From: Octopus vulgaris | Lineage: Eukaryota | Assembly: GCA_951406725.2 (NCBI GenBank) | Contig: OX597832.1 | Coordinates: 36,642,001 to 36,706,000 of the forward strand | DNA length: 64,000 nt | Direction of reading: 5' to 3' | In this document: positions 36,827 to 50,209 of the stretch, piece by piece | How positions within the stretch are numbered: the stretch's first letter is position 1 | How the letters are laid out: every line of letters begins with the position of its first letter | Notes under the pieces: generated by a model | The model's database searches: none | What the model was told of the DNA's origin: nothing | What the model saw: the letters and a program-made list of their open reading frames with translations, nothing else | Position numbers and translations under genes: made by a program

Positions 36827-39632
36827 CTAAAACAGACAGATGGACAGAAACTAGTTATTTCCGTCATGAAATCAAGACACATGGTGGACAATCTCTATCA
36901 TTTGACTCCTTGAACATTTGTCAACATCTCTTCTGATCTGTTTTTATTAGGTTCCCCTACATCTTAATATAACCTCAGGTGGAGTTAAGTATTAAATAGT
37001 TATTGGGCAGTACCAAGTAGATGCTGGGTGGTGCTATGGGTATACTGAGTAGCAGCATGTGGATGCTGGGTGATGTTAAGTGGATGCTGATCAGTGGTGC
37101 TAACTAGATGTTGAGGAGTTGTACTCTGTGGAAAGGGGCCAATGATCTCTAGGTTTTTTGCTTAATGATTTAACTTTGCCATTTCACACACACACACACA
37201 AACACACACACGTTATGTGAGTGAAACAAAAGGAAAAGGATACTCAATACTTTTCAACTTTTATGTTTTATGATATCACTCTCTAGCTATCTAAATTCTG
37301 TCTGTTTGTCTATCTGTCTGTGCAGGTGTGGCCGTGTGGTTAAGAAGTTTGCTTTTAAATCACATGGTTTGGGGTACAGTCCCACTGCATGGTACTGAAC
37401 AAACATACCAGTATATATATATATATATATATCATAGATTTCTTCCCGTTTCTGTCTTTTGGTCTTAACATAAATGAATGTTACTTTCATACAAGTAGTG
37501 TCAATCATTTCCAACATTCTATGAGAACATACCTGGCCAAGAGGAAATATTACTTTGCTTGGAAACAGGTAAAGGTTGGCAACAGGAAGGGCACCCAGCT
37601 GTAGAAAATTGCCTCAGTAAAATCTGTCCAATCCATGTAAGCATAGAAAAGTGAATGTTAAAACAACAATCATGATGATGGATGGCTGGACAGACGGACG
37701 GACAGAAGGACGGGCAGGCTAATGTGCATATAATTCTTTTATCTTTCTTTCACTTGTTTCAGTCATGAGACTGGACATGCTGGGGCATCACCTTGAAGAA
37801 CTTTTAGCCAAAGAAATCAACACTAATACTTTTTTTTTAAAGCTTGGTACTTATTCTGTTGATATCTTTTGCCAAACTGGTGAGGTTGTAAACAGACCAA
37901 CACCAATTATCAAGTTGTGGTTGAAGGACAAACACTGACACACACACAAACACACACATACACACAGGTATCTTGCTGTAAAGTAGATACATGGATACCT
38001 TAGTTGGAAAGTTTGCTTTATATAATAACTTATATAAAGTTATACATAAACAGTTTAATATTAATTGAAGAAGCTCTCAATGCTGGTGCCTCGTAAAAAG
38101 CATCCAGTCCACATTCTAAAGTGGTTGGCATTCGGAAGGGCACTCAGCTGTAAAAATCATGCCAAAACAGACACTGAAGCCTGGTGCCATCTTCTGCCTA
38201 GCCAGCTCCTGTCAAACCGTCCAACCCATGCCAGCATGGAAAGTAGGCATTAAATGATTTTATATATGTGTATATATATATACAGAGAGAGAGAGAGAGA
38301 GATTAAAAGCATCAATGTAATTTATCACTACTATAAATATAGATGACCAGACTGAAATAAATTGTGTATGATATGATCAGTGAAAACCATTAATGGTGAT
38401 GATACACTATAGTGGCAGTCCAAGAGCTGACACCTGTAAAAAGAATGACAGAATATGCAAATGTATTTTTTAGACAACCCTATTTCATATAAGACTTAAT
38501 GAAGATGCCCCTAAACCATGAGTTAAGCAAGTACATTAACATCACCATTGCCAATAAGCTCTCAATGTGTTAATAATATTCCCTTTCTGCTAAGCTTTTA
38601 TGTGTGTGTGGAATTCTGTTAATCTTATTTCTTAATCTGTTTTTATTTAATTCCATTTTATGCCTCCAAAGATGTTATTCTGATTAACTAAAAATGTAAT
38701 GATATCATCTCTTACTTCTCGTAATAATCTTCTTCATCACCACAACCAGCATCATCATCATTTTATTTTCAGCTGCTATTTATTTTTCGCAGACTAAATT
38801 TTTGTTCAAATTTACAACAACACTGATAAATATGTTAATAATATTAATGATGTAACCCGTCTTTGTGTTCTGAGTTCAAATTCTGCTGAGGTTAACTTTG
38901 CCTTTCATCCTTTTGGAGTTGATAAAATAAGTACCAGCTGGACAATGGGGGTTGATGTAATTGGCTTACCCCCTCCTCCTTACTTGCTGGCCTTGAAATC
39001 CATGTTAATAATGTCACCGTGTGCATGCTAGAGCATATATCTGCTCACATTGTATTTCCTTGCATGTATCAAAATATATACACTAAGCGGTATTTCCATT
39101 TACACACACACACACTTATAGAACCCGATCTGCCATTAATATGTTCTGTCTTCTGATAGCAGCTACAAAAATGGGAGTTTACATGAACCATAGAAAATGG
39201 TCTTTCAATTTTGGCAGCTACATACGCTTCAGTTTTTCATCTCCAGGTTTCCATCTGTGTCTGTCCTGCCATTAATCACCAAAAGTTTTCCCTGAAACTT
39301 ATCAGATGTTCAAACTGTAGTGAGACAAGGAAATGCACAAACTATGGCAAAAGAAAAGAAATCTGTAAAGTGCTGAAGAGATATGAAGCCAGGAATGACT
39401 GGAAGCTAAATTTAGGCCCTAAAGGAAATTTAAACATTGAATGTTGGATGTTACATCCTCAGACATAAATAGTCACTATTTGGAACTGTTCTTTGACCAA
39501 ATTCCAAAATGTACACCTCTAAAATCTATTGCACCGTCACTTTCTATCTAACCAATTAGATTCCTCTGAGAATCTGCCAAAACATCATCTCCAGCTCAAG
39601 TTTAACAAGACACATTCCTATATTTTATTTAC

Positions 39633-39719
39633 CAAAACTCTCAATGTTCTTTTCGAGTCATTGGTGCTGATTTTGTCTTTGGACTTGCCGCTTCTGGCAT
39701 CAAATGCATGTTCTGTCCA
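39633..39719 (-). CDS. Candidate 87-nt exon (WTEHAFDARSGKSKDKISTNDSKRTLRVL)
   Basis: ttaacag|TGG ... TTG|gtaaat; phase 0-0 frame is open and compatible with exon 36683-36826. Confidence 0.25.
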
Positions 39720-39753
39720 CTGTTAACAGTTTGTGTGTATATGCGCATGCACG

Positions 39754-39786
<33 letters not shown>

Positions 39787-41795
39787 GAAATGGAATAAAT
39801 ATTTACTTAGTTTTTGCTGCTTAATTCTTTCCCGTCTGTGGTAGTGATGATGGTAATAAAAGTGGTTATGTAGTAGTAGTAGTAGTATATTTGATAGTGC
39901 TGCTGTTAGTAGTTGTAGTGTTGATCCAACAGACCTGTGATCAAAGGCCATTCTGCCTTTTGAGTAAAATGTAGGACCACGTTTTCTAACGTATACTTTG
40001 CTTATTTATTTATTTTGTTTTTTACTTGCGTGATTTGGAGGAAGGAGTAGTAGCCAGGGCCCTTGCAGGCCCTCCAAGACTGGGGAGACTGATGCCATTA
40101 ACGTTTTCTTTCAACTGTTACAGCTCAAAACCTGAGTGGGGTTGCAGTTCTAGAGGGCTGATGTTCTGGGATGAAGGATTGGATATAGTGGTTAGTGTGA
40201 GAGGAGATAAGGAGTGGGGGGGGGCATACCAAGGGTGCTGAAAGATGATAGAAACTCTTTTTTAGTTGCTATTTCTAGCAGGCTGAGCAGCCATGTACAA
40301 GCTTCTTCAATGATGTCATTGGTGTTGGTGGTGTCAGTATTGATGTTGAAACATCAATATTTTTCCCGTCTCCTAACACCCCATCCTAACACTTTGCTAT
40401 TCTATTGGAAATATGTATTTAAAACCTGAACATATCTTCATTAATTATAAAGCATTCTCTCCTGCTCTCACTTACTCTCGCTCTCCTTCCTCTCCACCAC
40501 AGTAGATTTACACCTATCTCTACAGAGTTAATTACAAACTACCTATCTTTCTCCCTCTCTCCCCTCATAACACACCAAATTCAAGTCTACAATGCATTCA
40601 TATTTGTTAGTAGCTAAGTTACAGACCAATCTTCTACCCCCTCCTCCCCCCCTCCTATTTATATATTTGGTCAAAATAACTTCCTATTCCATAATTATAT
40701 ATTAAAGCTATTACAGATTGACGATAGTTATTCTTGCAATTACTCAGTTTCCTAAAATATTACAAATGGTTTCATTTCTCTTTCCTTATTCTGTTTTTGA
40801 GTGAGTCTTTATACAAGAATACTTTAATTGCTAGAAAGAGCTGCTAAATCTCCAACTTACCATCTTAGTTGACACTAAAATGGTAAAATGGAGATTTAGA
40901 TGCTCTTTGAATAACGGATTCTTATTGAGTAATGTATTCCTGTGTCTAAGGAAGGAAAAAAAAAAGGAGAATGGAGAGGTACAGCTGGATCAGGGCTGAC
41001 CCAGGGTTTAACAACAACAGAGAAGGATGTTGTATGATGTAGTGCTGGATACACTTTCAGGATAAAAGACAAGGTGGTCTTGATTAAAATACATTAGAAC
41101 ATAGATATTGTTTCTCAGGTGTGCTCTGGAGTTAAATGCCAATAATGCTGGGTGGCTCATACACTATGTCTCAGGCTGGAATAGAATCTACAGATTAGTA
41201 TAACTTTGGAATGATAGATAAGAGCATTAGGATTTCATGCACAAAATAGTGTCATGAATTCCAATTCAGGTCAAGTACCTAACTATATAGATATGTCAAA
41301 GATGGTAGCATCACTGGTGCTGGTGGTACAAAGGAAGCACCAAGTACACACTGTAAAGTGGTTGGCATTAGGAAGGGTATCCAGCTGTAGAAACCATGCA
41401 AAATTTGATACAGTGTACATTGCAGAGCTGTCACTCACTGGATCCTGTCAAACTGTCCAACCCGTGCCAGTATGGGAAACAGACATTAGACGATGAAATG
41501 ATGATGATGACTATAATGTTGATGACTTGGAACTTGATGGATTATCCAAAAATGGTAATAAAATGAAGAGAAGAATTACTACACAGATTTTGATTTCTAA
41601 TATTGGCTGAACCTCAGAGGATTCAATTGTGATTTATGTTACTGTTACACTAGAAGGGCTGAAAAGCCAAGAATGAAGCTGGCATGATTTACACCCAAAA
41701 TATATGTATAAGGACATGACTAAATACTCCATATTAATTGAGCACTCTAATGATTGTCATGTGCTGACCCTAAATAACAATAATAATAATAATAA

Positions 41796-42002
41796 CCCTT
41801 TCTATTATAGGTACAAGGCCTGAAATTTGGGGAAAGGGGATAGTCAATTAGATCAATCCCAGTATGCAACTGGTACTTAATTTATCGACCCTGAAAGAAT
41901 AAAAAGCAAAGTCAACCTTGGCGGAATTTGAACTCAGAACGCAGACAAGGAGGAAATGCCGCTAAGCATTTTGCCTGGTCTGCTAACAATTCTTCCAGCT
42001 TA
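41796..42002 (-). mobile_element. SINE family B
   Basis: Full reverse-complement copy following (AAT)n. Confidence 0.8.
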
Positions 42003-43013
42003 TGAGGGCCAGACATTTGAGAAAAATGGATGGCTATCCCTGGGATGCAACTGGTAGTTATATTATGAGACATGAAAAAGAGAGTTTAACCCCATCAGGA
42101 TTATAAACTCAGAACGAAATGGAAAAATGGGACCACCACCATTATCATTACTACTAACACTACTACCCTCATCACCATCACTACTCATACCAACACCCTC
42201 ATCATAACCTCCACTACCTCCATTGCTACCATAACCACCACCACCACACTTACAATGACCACTACTTTAACAACAACCACCACCACTTCCATAACAACCA
42301 CCATCTTTACCAAATGGAGATGTTTAATCTGAACTGACTGTAACTAGTGAACAACAACAACATCAAACAAGAACAACAAAACACATCAAACAACAACAAA
42401 GACAAGCAGAAAAAAACAACAAAAACATCAGACCATAACAATAACAAGTTCAAAGACAAACAACAACAAAGACAATAGCTGCAAGAACAACAAACACAAC
42501 AAAAGCAACATAAAACATGACCAAAAGTGGTGTCCATTGTACAACCCCCCCCCCCTTACCCCCTACTCTCTCTCTCTCTCTCTCACACACACATCCCCCC
42601 TCCTCCACTAAAACAAGATAAAAAAACCTTCACCTCATTATTGATTACTACAACTTAATTAAATGATTTCTGTCTGTTGCTTCAGCAAGGTTTTCATCTT
42701 TCATTTGACTTTTATATCTTCCTCCACTTCTATTCTCTTTGCTTCCTTTTTAAAGCATCAAATTGTTGTTGTTGTTGTTGTTGATGATGATGATTATAAC
42801 AATGATGGTGATCGTAATAATAGCAATAATAATAATAATAATAATGGTAAGAAAAAATTCTGACAGTTATACTAATAACAATAATGATAATTCTTATAAT
42901 GATGATTTATTTGCCACCAGGGGGCGAACGCTGAGGGAATGGGCAATACAAGGACAGACATAAACTGTGGGAATTTGTATATAATGAAATTATCAACAAA
43001 AAAGTATAAACAG

Positions 43014-43332
43014 GGTGGCACGTAAAAGATGCTATTTGAGCGTGGTCGTTACCAGCATTGCCTAACCGGTGCCTGTGCCGGTGGCATGTGTAAAAGATTC
43101 GAGCGAGGTCATTGCCAGTTCCACCTGACTGGCCCCGTGCCGGTGGCACGTAAAAGCACCCACTACACTCTTGGAGCGGCTGGCGTTAGGAAGGGCATCC
43201 AGCTCTAGAAACTCTGCCAGATCAAGATTGAAGCCTGGTGCAGCCATCTGGTTCGCCAGCCCTCAGTCATTCGTCCAACCCCAGGCTAGCATGGGTAGCG
43301 GATGTTAAACAATGATGATGGTGATGATGATG
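43014..43332 (+). mobile_element. RTE 3'-UTR-derived repeat with (GAT)n tail
   Basis: Homologous to 9515-9838 and 24290-24602. Confidence 0.8.
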
Positions 43333-44240
43333 ACAGGTCTATACTTAGAGCAGTACCATCCACCCTTGCCATTTTCACAACCTTCATCCACTTTTCAATA
43401 AATTCACTCAAGCACCTCTCTATCCACCCTCCTCACTTTCCTTTGAAAGTGAAGCTTGAAAAGTCAACAAGGGTTCTACCGAAGAGAAATATCCCTCATG
43501 CCTTTCAGCCTTATCCATCTTTTGTCACTGCAAGGGGAAACTGCCTTATCTGCCGAATTAAAGGAGGGTAGCAGAGCAATCATCACTATGGACTCGGCTG
43601 ATAAACAGATCTGTCCCACCTGTGACAGGCGGGTGTTTACCATAACTCCACAAGTCAGCAATACCTGAACACTGAGTGCATATGGAATGGTTTTGTTACT
43701 CTGCTTCCATCTCAGCCAAGCCTACCTCACTGCACATCCATGCCTGTAAAGTTTATTCTGCATTGGTAGCACTGTCAGGCCAAGGACATCTAGAAATTAT
43801 CCATGGTAGTCCCCAGATGGAAAGTCCTCAGGAATAGACTAGCCAATTCATTTTCATCAACACCCAAGGTCTCCTTAAGGACGTTGTCACACTTCCCCAG
43901 CACTAACCCTCCAATCCCATTGTGCAACTGATAAAGGGTTGTAAGTGCCTGATGACATTCTAGATGCTTCATCCAAAATGGCATTTCTGTCAAGGAGATG
44001 AGCTGCAGAAAGATGCGCCTCACAAACAGAGCCCCCACACATTCACCCTCCTGAAATCCTTGCAGGAAACACAACCTGAGCATGTCTGTGCCTCAAAAGC
44101 CATGGCATGCTTAAGCCACCACCACACAGAAGGTGTTGACAGCAGACTGACTGCATGATCATTGGAGCATATCCCTTCCACAAGAGAATAAATGGGAGAT
44201 GCTCTAACCTGACCAAGCAGTAACCAGAGCAGGGTACAAT
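43333..44240 (-). mobile_element. L1/Tx1-clade LINE 3' fragment (decayed zf-RVT region)
   Basis: Frameshifted minus-strand remnants FLRTFHLGTTMDNF..KLYRHGCAV..CLSAESIV..FKLHFQRKVR..KMARVDGTALSIDL. Confidence 0.65.
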
Positions 44241-45404
44241 GGTCAGGTGATAAATGATGATGGAGGCAATTTAATAATAATACTAATTGTTTCTAATTTA
44301 GACATGTTGACAGTTTTGTTTTAGGGGAAGGTTTTAGTTTAGTACCACAAACCCCTGTATTTGATTGGTACTTTATTTTATCAATTCCGAAAGGATGAAA
44401 ATGGCTTTCTTCAGATATTATAATCCTTTTTTTTTTTTTGCACGTACTTCAAAGATTTGACTTTAAAATGCAAATATTTAACTAAATACCTTGAGGTGTA
44501 CTAATTGCTCTAACTCACTTCACCCTTAAAGCAAGGCGTCATTAATGTTAATTGTGGAACTTGACAGATACTTTAGTGTAGTGATGCTGGGTGAGTTTAA
44601 GGTAAAAATTAACCCTTGTGGGCTTTGTACTCAGAATCTAAAGGATGCGATTAAATACTGTGTACTCACTGTTCTATAATAATGATAATAATAATAAATG
44701 AGGGGGAGTGCTGTTAATTAGATCCATCCTGGTACTCAATTGATGTTTATTTTATCGACCCAAAATGAGTGAAGGGGAGAGTTGCCATGTTTGGGATTTG
44801 GACAATATTAATAACTTCAACAACAACAAAGCCAGCAGTAGCAACGATGAAAAATGTCAATAATATTGAAATGAATTTTCAAAGACACCTTTATAATGCT
44901 CAAGATGTATTGATTGTTTGATTGGTGTCTGAACCAACAACAACAGCAGAACAATCAATAATTCTTTATTTGATTACTGTTGCAATATTCCACAGAGATG
45001 ACCATTCCATTGAGAGGCTTTTACCAATTTTGTTTGTTTTTTTGTTTCTTATCAGTTCTCCATTTTCTTGTTTATTCAGCAAAGCACTTGTGATAATTCA
45101 AAATTGATTTTATCACCAACCCCATCCAATGGTCTATGGTTCCCGATTTTAACCCCAGCCATCTGTGCGTAGTTTTAAACAGAGAAGTAAATCTCTTCTT
45201 GATTAGGTTTCCTGCATATCATTGGGAACACTTCAATGCCATTGCATGGCATGTCAGATGTGTTGTCTGCCGTAATTTAGATTGACCAGTACTCAGAGTA
45301 GAGTCTTGTAAATGGAAACTGTTCTAGACCCCCCATTGCATTGTGTACGGGTGTGGCTGTGGTGTGTAGAGTGAAACATAATTCCAGTGTAGAATATATA
45401 TATA

Positions 45405-45796
45405 TCTATGGCTGTGTAGTAAGAAGTTTGTTGCCCAACCACATGGTTCTGGGTTCAGTCCCGCTGCATGGCATCTTCAGCAAGTATTTTCTAGTATAGT
45501 CTCTATCCAACCAAAGCATTATGTATGGATTTGGTAGATGGAAACTGAAAGAAGCCCATTGTGTGTGTGTGTGTGTGCGTGTGTGCGCGTGCGTGTCTAT
45601 GTTTGTCCCACCCCCACCACCATTTGACAGCCGGTGTTTATGTCCCCGTAAATTAGCAGTGTGACAAAAAAGATTGATAGAATAAGTACCAGGCTTAAAA
45701 GAGAAAAAAGGACCGGGATTGATTCATTTGATTAAAATTCAAGTCTGTGCCCTAGCATGGCCACAGCCTAATGACTCAACCAAGTAAAAGGAAAAA
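45405..45796 (+). mobile_element. SINE family A
   Basis: Complete head-to-tail copy. Confidence 0.85.
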
Positions 45797-45845
45797 GTAT
45801 TTGTGTGTGTGTATATACACGCATGCACACACACATACATATATT

Positions 45846-46210
45846 CTTTTATTCATGTTTCAGTCATTTGACTGCAGCCATGCTGGGACACCGCCTTTAG
45901 TCGAGCAAATTGACCCCAGGACTTATTCTTTGTAAGCTTGCCGAACCGCTAAGTTACAGGGATGTTAACACACCAGCATCTGTTGTCAAGCAATGTTGGG
46001 GTACAAACATATACACACCTACATACATACACACACACATATATTTATATATGATGAGCTTCTTTCAGTTTCCGTCTACCAAATCCACTCACAAGGCTTT
46101 GGTTGGCCCGAGGCTATAGCAGAAGACACCCAAGGTGCCATGCAGTGGGACTGAACCTGGAACCATGTGGTTGGTAAGCAAGCTGTTTACCACACAGCCA
46201 CTCCGGTGCC
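45846..46210 (-). mobile_element. SINE family A (inverted relative to its neighbour)
   Basis: Reverse-complement copy ~50 bp from the plus-strand copy. Confidence 0.85.
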
Positions 46211-46339
46211 TATAATATAAATAGGTACAGGTGTGATTGTATGGTAGGAAGCTTGCTTCCCAACCACATGGTTCCGGGTTTAGTTGATGAGGACAAATAT
46301 CCGTCAAATGTAAATAATGTACATAATTCCTCATCTCCA

Positions 46340-46953
46340 GAAAAATGTCAAGTGGCCAAAGACAGTCAGTAGGGAGAGGAGAAAGACCGGCACTCCAGGC
46401 TAAAGAAGGTCTTCATCCACGTAAGGGGTTGTTATCTGTATAGTGGGATATGAAAGGTTTAGTCCACTTTGAACTTTTAAACCCAAACCAACAATAACAA
46501 AGATCTGCTGCAAGCAGCTTGAGTGGCTTAAGTCAGCGCTAGAAGAAAAACGACCATCTTTGGTTTCAAGACGAAAGGTGTTCTTCCATCGGGATAACGC
46601 TCAGCCACATACAGCGAGGATGACATTCCAAAGGCTGGAGCAGTTTGAATGGGAAATGATGCCCCACCCACCAATTCGCTGGTCACTTGCCTCATCTTAT
46701 CATTTATTCCACAGTCTTCAAAATCATTTAGATGGAGAAAATATGAATTCTGTAGATGAGGTCAGAACAGTACTGGAGGAGTATTTTTCGTCACGGACAA
46801 GTGAATTTTGGAAGGGAGGAGCCTTGCAAATCTACCAGAGAGATGGAAGGGCATTGTAGGAAATGAAGGAGAGTATATTTTAGATGAAAAAAGAACTTAA
46901 TTTTGAAAAATAAAAGAAGTTTATAAAGAACTGCATTATTTATGGGATGACCC
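46340..46953 (+). mobile_element. Mariner transposon 3' half (transposase pseudogene and right TIR)
   Basis: KEGLHPRK..WDMKGLVHFELL..FFHRDNAQPHTA..PHPP..YHLFHSLQNHL; terminal aactgcattatttatgggatgacccaa. Confidence 0.92.
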
Positions 46954-46954
46954 A

Positions 46955-47160
46955 AATTTTGGAAGAAGGCCAGGAATTTGGTGGGAGGGGTTGTCAATTG
47001 CATCACTCCCAGTACTCAACTGGTACTTATGTTTATCAATCTCAAAAGAATGAAAAGCAAAGTTCACCTTGGTGGAATTTGAACTCAGAACATAAAGACC
47101 ATCAAAATTCCCTTAAGCATTTTGCCTAGTGTGCTAATGATTCTGCCAGCTCACTGCCTT
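46955..47160 (-). mobile_element. SINE family B
   Basis: Reverse-complement copy abutting the mariner TIR. Confidence 0.75.
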
Positions 47161-47552
47161 ATTAGAGAAAGATATATTGAATGTTATTGTTTTAATTTCT
47201 ATCATTGAAGACAGACAGGAAAGCAAAATGATAAAATGATTTTGTGTGTGTGTTAAAATGGTGAAATTACTGCTGTCACCAGTTTTGTTGTTACTTAATA
47301 GCAGTAGGCTTTTACTGTGTTTTCAGAATCATTTTGTTACATTGATAAAAATAACCAAATATTTATGTATTTAAAAAAAATTCCCATCTGTTGATGATAA
47401 TTTTATCCTAAAAATAACAGCACATGTTGCAGAGAAGATTAGCCTCTGGCAAACTGATTCTGTGACTGTCATTTATTCTTGGATGAGACCATTTCACTTC
47501 CTTTACTAGGCTGTAAATATTCTTGAGAACAGTATGTCTGTCTGTCTGTCTT

Positions 47553-47596
<44 letters not shown>

Positions 47597-48667
47597 CTTG
47601 TGTCTATAAACTAATGTCCTTTACTTGAAATAAGAGGGGAAAGCAAAATATTGTCTACAATTCTAGTCCATAATTTAACGAGGTTTACCCAATTCTCACC
47701 CTCCCTCTCTCCCTTCTCTCACATTACTGTATAGTTTTCTTTCGTTTTCTCATTTAGACATACCTGAAAAGTTAATATTGGAATGATTCCATTTTGTTTG
47801 TTTGTTATTTTAACTTCTTTAGTGTTTTGTGATCTTTTCTGTTTGCTTTATGAATTTTTAGTATGGCAATTCTTTCATTTAATTAAAAATTAAAATAAAT
47901 AAAACTGAAGAGGAAGAAATAAAATGATTTAACTTTTGAGGTAACAAAACTTAGTTTTATTTTGTCCTCCTCCTCCTCCTCTTCTTCCTCCTTCTCCAGC
48001 GCCACCAAAAATCCAGTTCTCCTACAAATAGAATAAATATATAAAATGGAATATAATAAACAGAAAGTCAATCTGTTTGGCATGTGAAGCTATGGCCTAT
48101 CATCATATTTCTGTCGAATGCTTCACGGTCATTAGCTAGTATTCATTTAAATAACTTTTAACGAAGCATACCTCATTAGTCAAGAAAAAATAATGATAAT
48201 AAACACAACTGTACAGTATTGTTAAAGTAAAGCTTAATTAGATCTTTATGTCCATCACTTCTTATATATAATATTGATTAACTTGTTTTCCAAAAATTTA
48301 CCTTTTACTTGTATTTATTATTTATTTTTCATTTTATTTTTTTCCTTATTTAATTGTAATATTTAGGAATTTTCGATAATTACATTTCCCATACTGTTTC
48401 ATGTCTTCTGCCAACATATGAACTGGTAATCTCGTGATTAACAAATGTTATTCATGGCATAGAAAAACAGCCATAAAAAGAAATTTGCTTAATTAAATGA
48501 TTTTTACACTCACATGTTCCAGTTTTATGCTTAGTGGTAGTAGGAGGAGGAGTTGGAAGCAGCGGAGGAGGAGGCGGCGTACATTTGTATGCCTGGAGAT
48601 TCAACCTATACACGTTAACACAAAATAGGGAGGAGAAATATTTCAGTGCATCACAAACCTAATTTCA

Positions 48668-48760
48668 GTTGGTCATCACATCAAAGACCTAGCTTCAATT
48701 GGTCAGTATAGTATAGGCAGCAGTACCTTCCATTGGTCAGAAGTAGTGATATCTGATTGG
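48668..48760 (-). promoter_or_regulatory. Cluster of CCAAT (NF-Y-like) boxes
   Basis: ATTGG at 48698, 48732 and 48756 plus GTTGG at 48668; mostly in TGACCAAT context on the minus strand. Confidence 0.35.
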
Positions 48761-48799
48761 AGTAAAAGTCAAAATCGGTGTGGAAGTTCAGGTTTCAGT

Positions 48800-49762
48800 C
48801 TTGACCTCAGCAATCTTCTATGATCTTTGCAGTGTGGGGTCACGCATTGTCCTGATGAAACATCACTCCTTTTCGATTCACTAAAGTGGCTCTTTTTTTC
48901 TTCAAAGCTTTGTTCAAATGCTCTAATTGCTGACAGTAGACTTGAGCATTGATTGTTGCATTAGGTGGTAACAATTCAAAGTGAATTACTCCTTTGCAAT
49001 CCCACTAGATAGAGAGAAGAACCTTTTTCCCATGAAGTTCCTTTCTCGGTTGTGGTTGAGCTTTTTCCCTTTTATCAAGCCACTGTTTACTACGTTTAAC
49101 ATTTCGATAGAAGATCCATTTTTCATCACCAGTCACAAATCTATCCAAAAAGGGTGAAATGAGTTCGAGAGAATGGAGAGAAGAGCAGATGTCGACTTGG
49201 TATTTGTGGTTGCTTTCAGAGAATTCATGAGGTACCCATTTTCCAAGTTTAGGAACCTTTCCATGTTGTTGAAGATGAACAGTTGTATAGTTTGAACTAA
49301 GCTTTATTGCCAATTCTTCAACTGATAATGTAGGATTTTCTTCAAGTAATGCCTCAAGGAGCTTATCATTAAACTCAACTGGAGGTCCTGTTTGATCTTC
49401 ATCTTCATGGCTGAAATCTCCACTTCTGAATTTTGCAAACCATCTTCTGCAAGTTCTTTCATTAAAGCGTTCTTTCCCATAAACTAAGTGTATGTTTTGA
49501 GTCGCTTCGGTTGCAGACTTTCCTTTTTGTACTCATAAAGCATTATGTGCCTTAAATGCTCTTTGGATACTTCCATGTTAGAAAGGGTTTTAATCAAGGA
49601 AATTTTAATTCTATTATTCTGCAAAATAATATTTAATTAGTTTAAATGTGCACGAATGCATAAAAATAATTTTTAATTCCATTATACATTCTAAAATACC
49701 ATTAAATTTTATTCAATTATAAAAAAGTTAAAATTGGACAGAACTTATGAGATGACCTGATA
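48800..49762 (-). mobile_element. Mariner transposon 5' two-thirds (left TIR and frameshifted transposase, ATG 49576)
   Basis: TA-TCAGGTCATCTCATAAGTTCTGTCC TIR; MEVSKEHLRHIMLYEY..RRWFAKFRSGDFS..WVPHE..VTGDEKWIFY..MFHQDNA*PHTA. Confidence 0.95.
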
Positions 49763-50153
49763 TATATATGCATATGAGCAAAAATTCTCAAGTATTTACA
49801 CTCAAATTAAGATGTTACTATTGTTAATATCATCTGCAGTGAATATTTTAATTGATAATACTAACAGCAGTAGTACAGGTGGTTCAACAGGTCTAATAGC
49901 ATTATATAGCTATAAAATTTAAAGTTAGCACAAGGCATGAGGATGTGGGAAAAGCATCAACCTGTTTAGAAATAGGAGCTAAATTCCTAATTGAACCACT
50001 GGAAGGCACCAAATAACAGAAAAGCAACAGTAGGCGAGGAAACAGATAAAGAACTAAGACATTAAAAAGAGCATACCATTCAGATACTCATATACCATGG
50101 TTTCAGGTTCTGGCCTGAGGGCCTCAACATTCTTCACTATAAATCACTGTATA

Positions 50154-50209
<56 letters not shown>

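Noticed and set aside
39211-39468. 85-aa Cys-containing plus-strand ORF
   Set aside because: No recognisable zinc-finger spacing and no partner exon; insufficient support.
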